Assembly (NCBI GenBank): GCA_002692205.1 | Contig: NZJM01000015.1 | Coordinates: forward strand, 1-47,505 | DNA from: Legionellales bacterium | Lineage (GTDB): Bacteria; Pseudomonadota; Gammaproteobacteria; Eutrophobiales; Eutrophobiaceae | Direction of reading: 5' to 3' | DNA: 47,505 nt | Shown here: in pieces, positions 36,973 through 47,505 of the stretch | How the letters are laid out: every line of letters starts with the position of its first letter | Position numbering within the stretch: position 1 is the stretch's first letter | The notes under the pieces: model-generated | Databases searched by the model: none | What the model saw: the letters and a program-made list of their open reading frames with translations, nothing else | What the model was told of the DNA's origin: nothing | Translations under genes and position numbers: made by a program

Positions 36973-38217
36973 ATGACAGACTTCACATACAAAGACGGCA
37001 AGCTTTGTGCCGAAGATATTCCACTATTTGAAATAGCAAAACAATATAATACACCTTGCTATGTTTATTCAAAAAATGCAATTTGCTCAAGGTATCTGGA
37101 GTTCGATTCAGCTTTTGCCTCAGAAAGACACTTGCTTTGTTACGCTGTTAAGGCTAATTCAAACATTTCTATCCTAAATATTTTAGCAAAATTAGGCTCC
37201 GGCTTTGATGTTGTCTCGGGGGGAGAGTTGTATCGCGTTATAAATGCTGGGGGCGATCCAAAGAAAATTGTTTTTTCTGGTGTAGGGAAACGAGAAGAAG
37301 AGATGAAGCTTGCTTTGAGTAAGGACATTAAATGCTTTAATGTAGAATCAAAAAGTGAGTTATATAAATTAAATGAAATAGCAAAAAGTGTAGGAAAGTC
37401 TGCACCAGTATCGTTACGTGTAAATCCCGATGTTGACGCAAAAACCCATCCATATATTTCAACTGGTTTAAAAGAAAATAAATTTGGCATAGCATTTGGG
37501 CTTGCGAAATCACTCTACCAAGATGCTGCAGCAATGGAAAATATAAATTTAATAGGTATAGATTGTCATATTGGTTCTCAGATTTCAGAACTTAGTCCTT
37601 TCGAGAATGCATTAAAAAGGTTATTAGACTTAATTGATGAGTTAAAAAAAGATGGCATACAATTACAGCACGTTGATATAGGTGGTGGGTTAGGCATTAC
37701 TTATGAAGATGAAAAACCACCAACACCGATGGAATATGTTCGTGTAATGACAAATATAATAAAGAAGTATAATTTAGAAATCATAATAGAGCCGGGCAGA
37801 TCTATTGTTGGGAATGCCGGAATTCTACTTACAAAAGTTGAATATCTTAATTTGACTCCTTATCGTAATTTCGCAATCGTTGATGCTGCGATGAATGATT
37901 TAATAAGGCCATCTCTTTATGGTAGCTGGCATGATATAAAAAATGCTAAAGAAAGTTTAGAAGATGATGAACTGCTCTATGATGTGGTTGGCCCTGTTTG
38001 TGAAACTGCCGATTTTATCGGCAAGCAACGTTGTTTAAAGCTTAAAGAGAACGATTTACTTGCAGTTTTCTCAGCTGGTGCATATGGTTTCAGTATGTCC
38101 TCTAACTATAATTCAAGACCACGTCCAAATGAAATTTTAGTTGATGGAAGTAAGTCTCATGAGATCCGTAAAAGGGAAAGTCTAGACGATTTAATTAATG
38201 GCGAATCCTTAGTTTAA
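36973..38217 (+). CDS. lysA: Diaminopimelate decarboxylase
   Basis: LLCYAVKANSN (PLP Lys), HIGSQ, EPGRSIVGNAG and GPVCETADF motifs; 414 aa. Confidence 0.95.
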   Translation: MTDFTYKDGKLCAEDIPLFEIAKQYNTPCYVYSKNAICSRYLEFDSAFASERHLLCYAVKANSNISILNILAKLGSGFDVVSGGELYRVINAGGDPKKIVFSGVGKREEEMKLALSKDIKCFNVESKSELYKLNEIAKSVGKSAPVSLRVNPDVDAKTHPYISTGLKENKFGIAFGLAKSLYQDAAAMENINLIGIDCHIGSQISELSPFENALKRLLDLIDELKKDGIQLQHVDIGGGLGITYEDEKPPTPMEYVRVMTNIIKKYNLEIIIEPGRSIVGNAGILLTKVEYLNLTPYRNFAIVDAAMNDLIRPSLYGSWHDIKNAKESLEDDELLYDVVGPVCETADFIGKQRCLKLKENDLLAVFSAGAYGFSMSSNYNSRPRPNEILVDGSKSHEIRKRESLDDLINGESLV

Positions 38218-38239
38218 ATCTATTAGATATTAAAAATTT

Positions 38240-38899
38240 GTGAATAGAATCCCCGAACCCGAGTTCATGAATGATCAAAAACAAGCGATTGCATATGCAA
38301 ATGCTGATTTTGAAGAACCTCATAATAATTTTATAGATTTATTAAAGCTATCACTAGGAAATAATTTTGAGAAAAGAAGTAATACGATTGGAATTGATTT
38401 GGGAACAGGTGCCGCTGATATTGCAATAAAACTCGCACTAAAATTTCCATCAATTAAAATCGATGCTGTTGATGGTTCGATTGCCATGCTTGATGAAGCT
38501 AAAAAAGCAATCTCTAGGTTCGGTTTGAGTGATAGGATTTATCTTATAAATTCACCAATACAGGAAATCTCATTAGCAAAAAAAGATTATTCAATCATAT
38601 TCAGCAATAGTTTACTTCATCATTTGCATGATCCATTTGTTTTATGGAAATTGATAAAAAATGCAAAAGGAAATCCAAAAGTTTTTATCATGGACTTGAT
38701 CCGACCAAAAAACTCGAAGCAAGTTGAAGAATTAACAAATCAATACGCAGAAAATGAGCCAGAAATATTAAGAAGAGATTTTAAAAATTCTCTAAAAGCT
38801 GCTTTTACAATAGACGAAGTTAAATTGCAGCTATACGATGCTGAGCTTGAAAAATTGAGCGTAAGAGCCGTATCTGATAGACACATGGTGATATCTTAA
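38240..38899 (+). CDS. Class I SAM-dependent methyltransferase, substrate unknown
   Basis: GTG start and motif I IGIDLGTGAADIA, followed by the acidic DAVDGS and post-motif NSLLHHL. Confidence 0.75.
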   Translation: MNRIPEPEFMNDQKQAIAYANADFEEPHNNFIDLLKLSLGNNFEKRSNTIGIDLGTGAADIAIKLALKFPSIKIDAVDGSIAMLDEAKKAISRFGLSDRIYLINSPIQEISLAKKDYSIIFSNSLLHHLHDPFVLWKLIKNAKGNPKVFIMDLIRPKNSKQVEELTNQYAENEPEILRRDFKNSLKAAFTIDEVKLQLYDAELEKLSVRAVSDRHMVIS

Positions 38900-38907
38900 T
38901 ATATTAT

Positions 38908-38954
38908 TGCTCTATTATAGAGCACAAAAGACCTGTCTGCACCATATTAGTGCG
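38908..38954. promoter_or_regulatory. Two putative NtrC (enhancer) binding sites upstream of glnA
   Basis: Site A is TGCTCTATTATAGAGCA (38908-38924, a perfect 8+1+8 palindrome with TGC...GCA ends). Site B is TGCACCATATTAGTGCG (38938-38954, close to TGCACCA-N3-TGGTGCA). Their centres are 30 bp apart, roughly 95 and 125 bp upstream of the predicted sigma54 start. Confidence 0.6.
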
Positions 38955-39016
38955 AAAAACCTTTTGCACGATTTTATAACCTCTTGATTGTTATCTGTAT
39001 ATTACCCAATAGATAA

Positions 39017-39032
39017 TGGCATAATTATTGCT
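39017..39032 (+). promoter_or_regulatory. Sigma54 (-24/-12) promoter of glnA
   Basis: TGGCATAATTATTGCT has GG and GC at the exact consensus spacing (TGGCAC-N5-TTGCW), about 65 nt upstream of the glnA ATG. Confidence 0.75.
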
Positions 39033-39096
39033 ATATTATTAAGGATTGAAAAAAAACTAGTAATTAATTAATAAAAAAGACAAAGGAGAGTTGAAG

Positions 39097-40506
39097 ATGT
39101 CATCCGATAATGTATTGAAGCTAATAAAAGAGCACGAAATTAAATTCGTCGATCTGCGCTTCTGCGACACAATAGGCAAAGAACAGCACGTTACTGTTCC
39201 AGCAAGTGTAGTAAATAAAGAAATGTTGAAAGAGGGGAAAATGTTTGACGGCTCATCAATAGCTGGCTGGAAGAGTATTAATGAATCAGATATGGTATTA
39301 ATGCCAGATGTTGAAAGTGCAGTACTCGATCCTTTTTTCGATGATGAGACATTAAATATTCGTTGCGATGTATTAGAACCGTCAACCATGTCGGGTTATG
39401 AGCGCGACCCTCGTTCAATTGCTAAACGCGCCGAAGATTATCTCAAATCAACTGGAATCGCTGACACCGCATTTTTTGGCCCTGAGCCAGAGTTTTTCAT
39501 TTTTGATGAGGTTCGTTGGGGAAATGAATTACATTCAGGTTTTTATGAAGTTGATTCAGAGGAAGGATGTTGGAATAGCGATCGCATTGATGAAGAGAAA
39601 AATATTGGTCACCGACCTGGCGTCAAAGGTGGTTATTTCCCAGTGCCGCCTGTAGATTCCGGTCAGAATATTCGATCTGCCATGTGTTCCGTTTTAGAAG
39701 AAATGGGTCTCACAGTAGAAGTACACCATCATGAAGTTGCAACTGCTGGTCAAGCTGAAATAGGAACTTCATGCAAGACGTTGACTAGAAAAGCGGATGA
39801 AATACTTATTCTAAAATATGTTGTACAAAATGTTGCACATAGTTTTGGTAAAACGGCAACTTTTATGCCGAAGCCATTAGTCGGTGATAATGGTAGTGGT
39901 ATGCATGTTCATCAATCACTCGTGAAGGGAGATAAGAATCTTTTTGCTGGCGATAAATACGGTAATTTATCTGATACAGCATTGCATTATATTGCTGGTA
40001 TTTTTAAACATGCTCGTGCTATAAATGCTTTTGCTAATGCCAGTACAAATAGTTATAAACGTTTAGTTCCAGGGTTTGAGGCGCCTACACTCTTGGCGTA
40101 TTCAGCGAGAAATCGTTCTGCTTCATGCCGTATACCATGGGTTTCGAACGACAAAGCTAGACGTATTGAAGTTCGCTTTCCTGACTCATGTGGAAATCCA
40201 TACTTTACATTTGCTGCATTAATGATGGCAGGTCTTGATGGTATACAGAATAAACTAGACCCTGGTGAGCCAATGGAAAAAGATTTGTATGATATTAGCT
40301 CGGAAGAAGAAAAAGAAATAGCTACTGTCTCATCTTCATTAGATATGTCGTTGGAAGCACTTGACAATGATCGTAGTTTTTTGACTGCTGGTGGTGTATT
40401 TACAGATGATATGATTAATGGTTATATTGAATTAAAAATGGAAGAGGTAAATCGTTTTCGAATGACTACTCATCCAGCAGAATTTGATATGTATTATAGT
40501 TTGTAG
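39097..40506 (+). CDS. glnA: Glutamine synthetase type I
   Basis: [33 protein letters not shown] and RIEVRFPD motifs, plus a Tyr adenylylation-site region KDLYDIS. ATG 39097 is preferred (AAGGAGAG 7 nt upstream) over TTG 39091. Confidence 0.97.
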   Translation: MSSDNVLKLIKEHEIKFVDLRFCDTIGKEQHVTVPASVVNKEMLKEGKMFDGSSIAGWKSINESDMVLMPDVESAVLDPFFDDETLNIRCDVLEPSTMSGYERDPRSIAKRAEDYLKSTGIADTAFFGPEPEFFIFDEVRWGNELHSGFYEVDSEEGCWNSDRIDEEKNIGHRPGVKGGYFPVPPVDSGQNIRSAMCSVLEEMGLTVEVHHHEVATAGQAEIGTSCKTLTRKADEILILKYVVQNVAHSFGKTATFMPKPLVGDNGSGMHVHQSLVKGDKNLFAGDKYGNLSDTALHYIAGIFKHARAINAFANASTNSYKRLVPGFEAPTLLAYSARNRSASCRIPWVSNDKARRIEVRFPDSCGNPYFTFAALMMAGLDGIQNKLDPGEPMEKDLYDISSEEEKEIATVSSSLDMSLEALDNDRSFLTAGGVFTDDMINGYIELKMEEVNRFRMTTHPAEFDMYYSL

Positions 40507-40519
40507 TTTATCAGTTAGC

Positions 40520-40548
40520 GTAAACCCCCTTAAAGGAAGGGGGTTTAC
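40520..40548 (+). terminator. Hairpin, probable glnA terminator/attenuator
   Basis: GTAAACCCCCTT-aaagg-AAGGGGGTTTAC forms a 12-bp stem 14 nt after the glnA stop. It is followed by only a weak T-run (TTAAATCTT). Confidence 0.6.
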
Positions 40549-40600
40549 TTAAATCTTCAGTAATACATGTAATTTAAATATTGAATCATTATTATTAATT

Positions 40601-41101
40601 ATGAGATCAATTTTTTTATTGTTAATTTTTTTTCATTCTTTTATCAATGCTGAGGTTTATAAAACTATTGATGAAAATGGTAATATAATATTTACAGATA
40701 GACCATCCGTAAATTCTAAAGAAATTCAACTTAAAAAACTAAAAACAACAGAAACCATAAAACCATCTGGTTCAGTTTCAAATAAAAAAAACCAGAATGA
40801 AAATGAGAACAATTTTAGTTATAAAAAAATACTAATATCTAATCCTAAAGATGGGTCAGCTATTAGAAGCAATACTGGAGACGTGCGCATTTCTGTATCA
40901 ATCGAGCCTTCACTTCGTTCGGGGCATCGAATTCTTATAACTTTAGATGGTGTTGAATTATCAAAAGGTACATCAACGAGCGCATCAGCGAGTAATGTAG
41001 ATCGCGGAACCCATACGGTAACAGCAAGCGTGATTGATAGTTCAGCAAATCCTATAATCTCAATATCGAGTGTTTTTTCGATTCTTCGAGCAACTCAATA
41101 A
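40601..41101 (+). CDS. DUF4124 domain-containing secreted protein
   Basis: Signal peptide, then EVYKTIDENGNIIFTDRP (the DUF4124 signature) and a C-terminal beta-rich domain. It lies between glnA and ntrB, where I recall a hypothetical gene lying in pseudomonads (from memory). Confidence 0.7.
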   Translation: MRSIFLLLIFFHSFINAEVYKTIDENGNIIFTDRPSVNSKEIQLKKLKTTETIKPSGSVSNKKNQNENENNFSYKKILISNPKDGSAIRSNTGDVRISVSIEPSLRSGHRILITLDGVELSKGTSTSASASNVDRGTHTVTASVIDSSANPIISISSVFSILRATQ

Positions 41102-41147
41102 AAAAATCAGAATAATTTCATTAATTTTTGCACGTTTCTGAAACAAA

Positions 41148-41163
41148 TGGCCTATTTCTTGCA
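41148..41163 (+). promoter_or_regulatory. Sigma54 (-24/-12) type promoter upstream of ntrB
   Basis: TGGCCTATTTCTTGCA has GG and GC at consensus spacing. It lies about 100-135 nt upstream of the candidate ntrB starts, and a TGCAC half-site (41129-41133) sits just upstream. Confidence 0.6.
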
Positions 41164-41260
41164 TTTATAATACTAGAGAATTAGTTTTTTTTATTTACTC
41201 TTAACTTATTCTATTTATTGAGAAAATTAACATCAATATACTAATAATGGTAATTTATAA

Positions 41261-42367
41261 GTGAATAATGCACTAAAACAGTGCAATATTGGACATACTA
41301 TGATTGAAAAAGATGCAACATACCTAAGTATCATGGACCATCTTGCAACAGCGGTATTATTGTTTGATGAAAATCAGCATCTTATATCAATAAATAGCGC
41401 AGGCGAGAATCTCCTGACTGTTAGCAAACAAAGGATTATTGGAATGACGCCACATCAAATTTGGCCAGCTAATTTATTTTTCATTGAAGCTATTAAGAAA
41501 AGCATCAACGCCGATAGCGTCCATATTCAACGAGGTACTGAGTTAAATCTTACAAACAATCAAACAATAAAGATCGATTGTATTCTTACACCAATTCTAA
41601 GTAAAAATAAATCTAGACTTGTTCTTCTCGAGTTACTTAATACCAATTCTTTTTCTCGTGTTATGGAAGAATTGAATCAACAGACTTTACAGAAAGCTGC
41701 AAAAGATTCGCTGCAAGGTATAGCGCATGAAATTAAAAATCCTTTAGGCGGTATACGTGGTGCTGCTCAATTAATGGAAAGAAAATTAAATGATAAAAAT
41801 TTGCTTGAATATACAAAAATTATTATAGGAGAATCTGATCGGCTTAGAAATTTTATTGACCGAATGTTAACTGCAAATACTCATTCTATAAGATCTGATA
41901 TAAGTATCCATGAAATTATTGAATATGTTATTTCAATTATTCATGCTGAGAATTCTAGAAAATTAAATATTACTAAAGATTATGATCCTAGTATTCCAAA
42001 TATTTATGTAGATAGAGAGCAAACTATTCAGGCAGTACTAAATTTATTACGTAATGCAGTTCAAGCTACAAAAGATAAAGATACAATTTCAATAAAGACG
42101 CGGGTACTTCGACAGGTCACTATTCAAAACAAGCTTAACAGATTAGCTATCCAGCTTGATATTATTGACGATGGTCCCGGTATACCATCTGAAATTGAGA
42201 CAGGGGCATTCTTTCCAATGGTAACTGGTAATGCCGAAGGCACAGGCTTGGGTCTTTCCATTGCTCAGCAATTGGTTCAATCACAAGGTGGGGTTATCAA
42301 TTATGAAAGAAAAAATAAAAATACCTACTTTACAATATTACTACCAATCAGGAAATTTAATGAATAA
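41261..42367 (+). CDS. glnL: Nitrogen regulation sensor histidine kinase NtrB
   Basis: PAS N-domain, H-box GIAHEIKNPLGGIRGAAQL, N box LLRNAVQA and G boxes DDGPGIP / GTGLGLSIA. The start is uncertain (GTG 41261 or ATG 41300). Confidence 0.93.
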   Translation: MNNALKQCNIGHTMIEKDATYLSIMDHLATAVLLFDENQHLISINSAGENLLTVSKQRIIGMTPHQIWPANLFFIEAIKKSINADSVHIQRGTELNLTNNQTIKIDCILTPILSKNKSRLVLLELLNTNSFSRVMEELNQQTLQKAAKDSLQGIAHEIKNPLGGIRGAAQLMERKLNDKNLLEYTKIIIGESDRLRNFIDRMLTANTHSIRSDISIHEIIEYVISIIHAENSRKLNITKDYDPSIPNIYVDREQTIQAVLNLLRNAVQATKDKDTISIKTRVLRQVTIQNKLNRLAIQLDIIDDGPGIPSEIETGAFFPMVTGNAEGTGLGLSIAQQLVQSQGGVINYERKNKNTYFTILLPIRKFNE

Positions 42368-43763
42368 TAAGAAAGTATGGATTGTTGATGATGATAAATC
42401 TATTCGCTGGGTTTTGGAGAAAGCTCTACAATCCTCAGATATTGATATAGAAACTTTTTCACGACCTGAAGATATTTTGAAAAAAATAAGTAATGAGGAA
42501 CCGGATGTTGTAATTACTGATATTAGAATGCCTGGAATGGATGGAATTTCATTACTAGATCGCATCAAACAAGAGTCACCAAATACGCCCGTTATTATAA
42601 TGACTGCATATTCTGATCTTGATAGAGCTGTTTCAGCTTTTCAAGGCGGGGCATTTGAATATTTATCTAAACCATTTGATGTTGACGAAGTTGTGAGTTT
42701 AGTCAGACGTGCCATAGCGCATAAAAAAATTGAAAAAACAGTATCTCCTTCAAGTTCGGCACAAAGAAGTAGTCCTATACTTGGATCTGCTCCTGCTATG
42801 CAAGAAATATTTAGGGCTATAGGTAGATTATCAAATTCTAATTTTACCGTTTTGATTACAGGCGAATCTGGCACAGGGAAGGAGTTAGTAGCGGCTGCGT
42901 TACATGCTAATAGCCCTAGGGCCGATAACAAATTTATTGCAATAAATACAGCTGCTATTCCTAGGGATCTGTTGGAGTCTGAATTATTTGGTCACGAGAA
43001 AGGTGCATTTACAGGAGCTAACGCACAAAGACAAGGTCGATTTGAACAGGCCGATGGTGGAACACTTTTTCTCGATGAAATTGGTGATATGCCAGCTGAA
43101 TTACAAACTAGATTACTTCGTATACTTGGTGAGGGAGAATTTTATCGTGTAGGAGGGCATATTCCGATAAAGGTTGATGTTCGTGTCATCGCAGCTACAC
43201 ATCAGAATTTAGAAAAATTAGTCAAAGAAGATAGATTTCGTGAGGATTTATTACATAGATTGAATGTTATCAGAGTGCATGTTCCATCATTAAGACAAAG
43301 AAAAAGTGATATTACTGAACTTACAAAGCATTTTCTTGATTTAGCTGCTGAAGAATTAGGAGAAGAAAGAAAGGTGCTAGAAAAGGAAACCCAGAATTAT
43401 TTAGAAACTTTGTCATGGCCAGGAAATGTTAGGCAGCTTGAGAACTTTTGTCGCTGGATAACAGTAATGGCATCAGGTTCAGAAATATGTATAGATGATC
43501 TTCCTCCAGAACTTAAGGACGAAAAAGAATCAATTGCTAACGATGATGATTTATGGGAAGAATCTTTTAGAAAATGGGTAAAATCTAGGTTGGTAAATGG
43601 AGATGTTGAGTTACTAAAAAATACAACACCATTATTTGAAACTATTTTAATTGAAGAAGCATTAAAGAAAACAATAGGTCGACGACATCATGCAGCAAAA
43701 CTTCTTGGTTGGGGCAGAAACACACTCGCTAGAAAAATAAAAGAATTAAATCTAGATATATAA
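42360..43763 (+). CDS. glnG: Nitrogen regulation response regulator NtrC (sigma54-dependent activator)
   Basis: The REC domain starts [19 protein letters not shown]. The AAA+ domain has GESGTGKE and the GAFTGA loop, and there is a C-terminal Fis-type HTH. The start at ATG 42360 overlaps the ntrB stop by 8 nt; the longer track ORF (42231) is just the ntrB 3' end read in another frame. Confidence 0.95.
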   Translation: MNNKKVWIVDDDKSIRWVLEKALQSSDIDIETFSRPEDILKKISNEEPDVVITDIRMPGMDGISLLDRIKQESPNTPVIIMTAYSDLDRAVSAFQGGAFEYLSKPFDVDEVVSLVRRAIAHKKIEKTVSPSSSAQRSSPILGSAPAMQEIFRAIGRLSNSNFTVLITGESGTGKELVAAALHANSPRADNKFIAINTAAIPRDLLESELFGHEKGAFTGANAQRQGRFEQADGGTLFLDEIGDMPAELQTRLLRILGEGEFYRVGGHIPIKVDVRVIAATHQNLEKLVKEDRFREDLLHRLNVIRVHVPSLRQRKSDITELTKHFLDLAAEELGEERKVLEKETQNYLETLSWPGNVRQLENFCRWITVMASGSEICIDDLPPELKDEKESIANDDDLWEESFRKWVKSRLVNGDVELLKNTTPLFETILIEEALKKTIGRRHHAAKLLGWGRNTLARKIKELNLDI

Positions 43764-43766
43764 TTT

Positions 43767-45492
<1,726 letters not shown>

Positions 45493-45493
<1 letters not shown>

Positions 45494-46032
45494 TATTTTT
45501 TAGTGGTTATATGCGTTACAAATGCTGCAAGATCTTTATAAATAGAAACATTTTTTGGAATTATACCTTTGCTAACTGCATCACCCCCTTTTCCTGTTTT
45601 AACAAGAACGGGTATGCCTCCAGCAGTTATAGCCGCGTCAATATCAGTAATTTTATCACCGACACAGTATGTATTACTTAGTGATATTCCATATCTTTCC
45701 GATACCTGATTAAATAATCCTGGTTTAGGTTTTCGACAAGAACATTTTTTTTCTGGCACACATGGACAAAAGAATATTGCATCGATAACAGCACCGTATC
45801 GCATTAAGTAGAGGTTCATTTTTTTATGTATTAAGTTTAGTGACTCTATAGAAAAAAGTTTTCTTCCAATCCCAGATTGGTTGGTAACAATCACTACTCT
45901 AAAATCATTTCGACAGAGTCTACCAATCGATTCCAAACTTCCATGAATAGGCATCCACTCTTCTGGAGATTTTATATAATTTTTAGAGTCTTCATTAATG
46001 ACTCCATCTCGATCAAGAATGATAAGTTTCAT
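45493..46032 (-). CDS. gmhB: D-glycero-beta-D-manno-heptose-1,7-bisphosphate 7-phosphatase
   Basis: HAD motif I LILDRDGVIN, VTNQSGI, the Zn-finger-like CPC...CSCRKPKPG, and GDK.TD. Confidence 0.88.
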
Positions 46033-46035
46033 ATA

Positions 46036-47505
46036 TTATTCCTGTAATTTTGAGATATCTGCGATTTTTAGAAATAGAGAGTTTAGGTCACTCAATAGCG
46101 CAAGCCTATTTTTTTGGAGCTCAGGCTTATCGCTCATTATCATTACATCATTAAAAAAGTTATCTATTGTTTTACTAAGTCCAGCAAGTTCTGCAAGCGC
46201 TAACTTATAGTCACGATTATTTATCATAGGCTTTATTATTTTTTTATAATCTTCTATTATATGTGCCAATTCTATTTCTGACTTCTCTATAAGCAGCTTA
46301 TCATTTATTTTTACAAAACCAGTTATTTCTGATTTTTTTAAAATATTTACTATACGTTTATTTGCGGTAGCTAGATTTTTTGCTACATCGAGTTTTTTAA
46401 ATTCCGTAACAGCTACCAAACGTTTATGGAAATCAAGCGGTATAGTTGTATTTATTGCAAGTACTGATTCAAAAGTATCAGCACTAAAACCTTCATCATA
46501 ATAATAATTACGGAGTCGCTCCATTAGAAAAAAATACACCTTATCTATATAATTTTTCGATTTATCTTTACTAGGAATAGTTGATGCAGCAAAAATTAAT
46601 AAATCTTTTAAATCGATATCAATATTACTTTCAATGAGAATCCTTAAGACACCTATTGCCGAACGTCTTAACCCAAATGGGTCCTTATCTCCTGTTGGAA
46701 TTTTTCCGATAGAGAATATACAAATCAGGTTATCAATTTTTTCGCTAATAGCTAGATATTTTCCAAGGTCTGTTTTAGGTAAGTCATCACCAGCAAAACG
46801 AGGTTTATAAAACTCCTCAATAGCAATAGCCACTTCACTTTTTTCACCGTTTAACTCCGCATAATAACGACCCATTATTCCTTGCAATTTAGGAAACTCA
46901 TTTACCATTTTTGTGAGTAGGTCACAAAGACAAAGTTCTGCAGCTGATTTTGCTGCCTCAGAGTCAATGTCTATTTTTTTTGCCATATACTTTAGGGTAT
47001 GTGCAAGGCGTTCAGATTTATCATATAAAGTTCCTAATTTTTTTTGGTAAATTACTTTTTTTAGAGATTGCCGGTGATTCCTCAAACCATATTTAGAATC
47101 CCATTCCAAGAAAAAAGATGCATCACTGAGTCTCGGTTTTATCACTCTTTCATTACCTTCTTTTATTAATTCAGGTTTATTACTTTCAATATTTGCTACA
47201 CAAATAAATAAAGGCATTAATTTTCTTTTGTGTTCAACCATCGGAAAATATTTTTGATTATCTTGCATGACAGCAATTAGTACTTCCTTTGGTAATTTAA
47301 GAAATCCTGAATCAAAATTTCCAATAAAACTAATTGGCCACTCGACTAATGAAGTGACTTCATTGAGCAACCCCGGTTCAATTATTACATTACCATTACT
47401 TTTTTTTGCTATAGCTGTAATCTGAGATTTAATTAAAGCTAGACGTTCATCATAACTAGCTATAACCTTCCCTCTATTTTTTAGTATATTAGGGTATTCA
47501 TTTGG
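46036..47505 (-). CDS. glyS: Glycine--tRNA ligase beta subunit, C-terminal ~490 aa (gene continues past the right window edge)
   Basis: The track ORF starts at an internal TTG, but the frame stays open to base 47505 (...PNEYPNILKNRGKVIASYDERLALIKSQITAIAKKSNGNVIIEPG LLNEVTSLVEWP...). This matches the typical GlyS middle and C-terminal regions, and the order glyS-gmhB-plsC is as in pseudomonads. Confidence 0.92.
   Translation of the reverse strand, partial: PNEYPNILKNRGKVIASYDERLALIKSQITAIAKKSNGNVIIEPGLLNEVTSLVEWPISFIGNFDSGFLKLPKEVLIAVMQDNQKYFPMVEHKRKLMPLFICVANIESNKPELIKEGNERVIKPRLSDASFFLEWDSKYGLRNHRQSLKKVIYQKKLGTLYDKSERLAHTLKYMAKKIDIDSEAAKSAAELCLCDLLTKMVNEFPKLQGIMGRYYAELNGEKSEVAIAIEEFYKPRFAGDDLPKTDLGKYLAISEKIDNLICIFSIGKIPTGDKDPFGLRRSAIGVLRILIESNIDIDLKDLLIFAASTIPSKDKSKNYIDKVYFFLMERLRNYYYDEGFSADTFESVLAINTTIPLDFHKRLVAVTEFKKLDVAKNLATANKRIVNILKKSEITGFVKINDKLLIEKSEIELAHIIEDYKKIIKPMINNRDYKLALAELAGLSKTIDNFFNDVMIMSDKPELQKNRLALLSDLNSLFLKIADISKLQE

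Noticed and set aside
42231-42359. The long N-terminal extension of the ntrC ORF in the track. The SDR (21083-21193) and hemH (30133-30219) have similar extensions.
   Set aside because: The extensions overlap neighbouring genes or add residues with no counterpart in the respective families. Internal ATGs (42360, 21082, 30132) give canonical N-termini.

Overview
This is an AT-rich gammaproteobacterial chromosomal segment (about one-third G+C by eye, not computed). It is densely packed, with about 55 protein genes and 2 tRNA genes. Most of it is core housekeeping DNA in gene orders familiar from Escherichia and Pseudomonas. Left to right: miaB (partial); a TupBC-like ABC transporter; a GT2 plus GT-C glycosyltransferase pair; tRNA-Met; crp divergent from an OsmC/YhfA-like gene; a TusA-like gene; DAHP synthase; a HIT protein; a block of secreted and hypothetical genes; tRNA-Ile2; rpoD-dnaG-yqeY-rpsU (minus strand) divergent from tsaD; plsY divergent from folB-folK; a FolM-like reductase; a MidA-like methyltransferase; uppP; cca; an NDUFA9-like SDR; slt; a TauE-like exporter; hemH divergent from sat; groES-groEL behind a perfect CIRCE operator; rho-trxA divergent from rhlB; lptM-lysA; glnA, a DUF4124 gene and ntrBC with sigma54 promoters; hemB; and glyS(partial)-gmhB-plsC. 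I found no CRISPR array, transposase, integrase, phage gene, toxin-antitoxin pair or recognisable defence gene, and no convincing non-coding RNA other than the tRNAs. Two accessory-looking blocks each abut the 3' end of a tRNA(CAU) gene, at roughly 0.5-5.8 kb and 9.0-12.6 kb. The best candidate for something undescribed is the first block. It holds a binding-protein-less Tup-type ABC importer whose permease has an unusual N-terminal membrane extension, followed by a small six-cysteine periplasmic protein and an ArnC/ArnT-like glycosyltransferase pair. That reading is inference from motifs and gene context only. I do not see strong evidence for a wholly new system, and most of the window is ordinary core genome.
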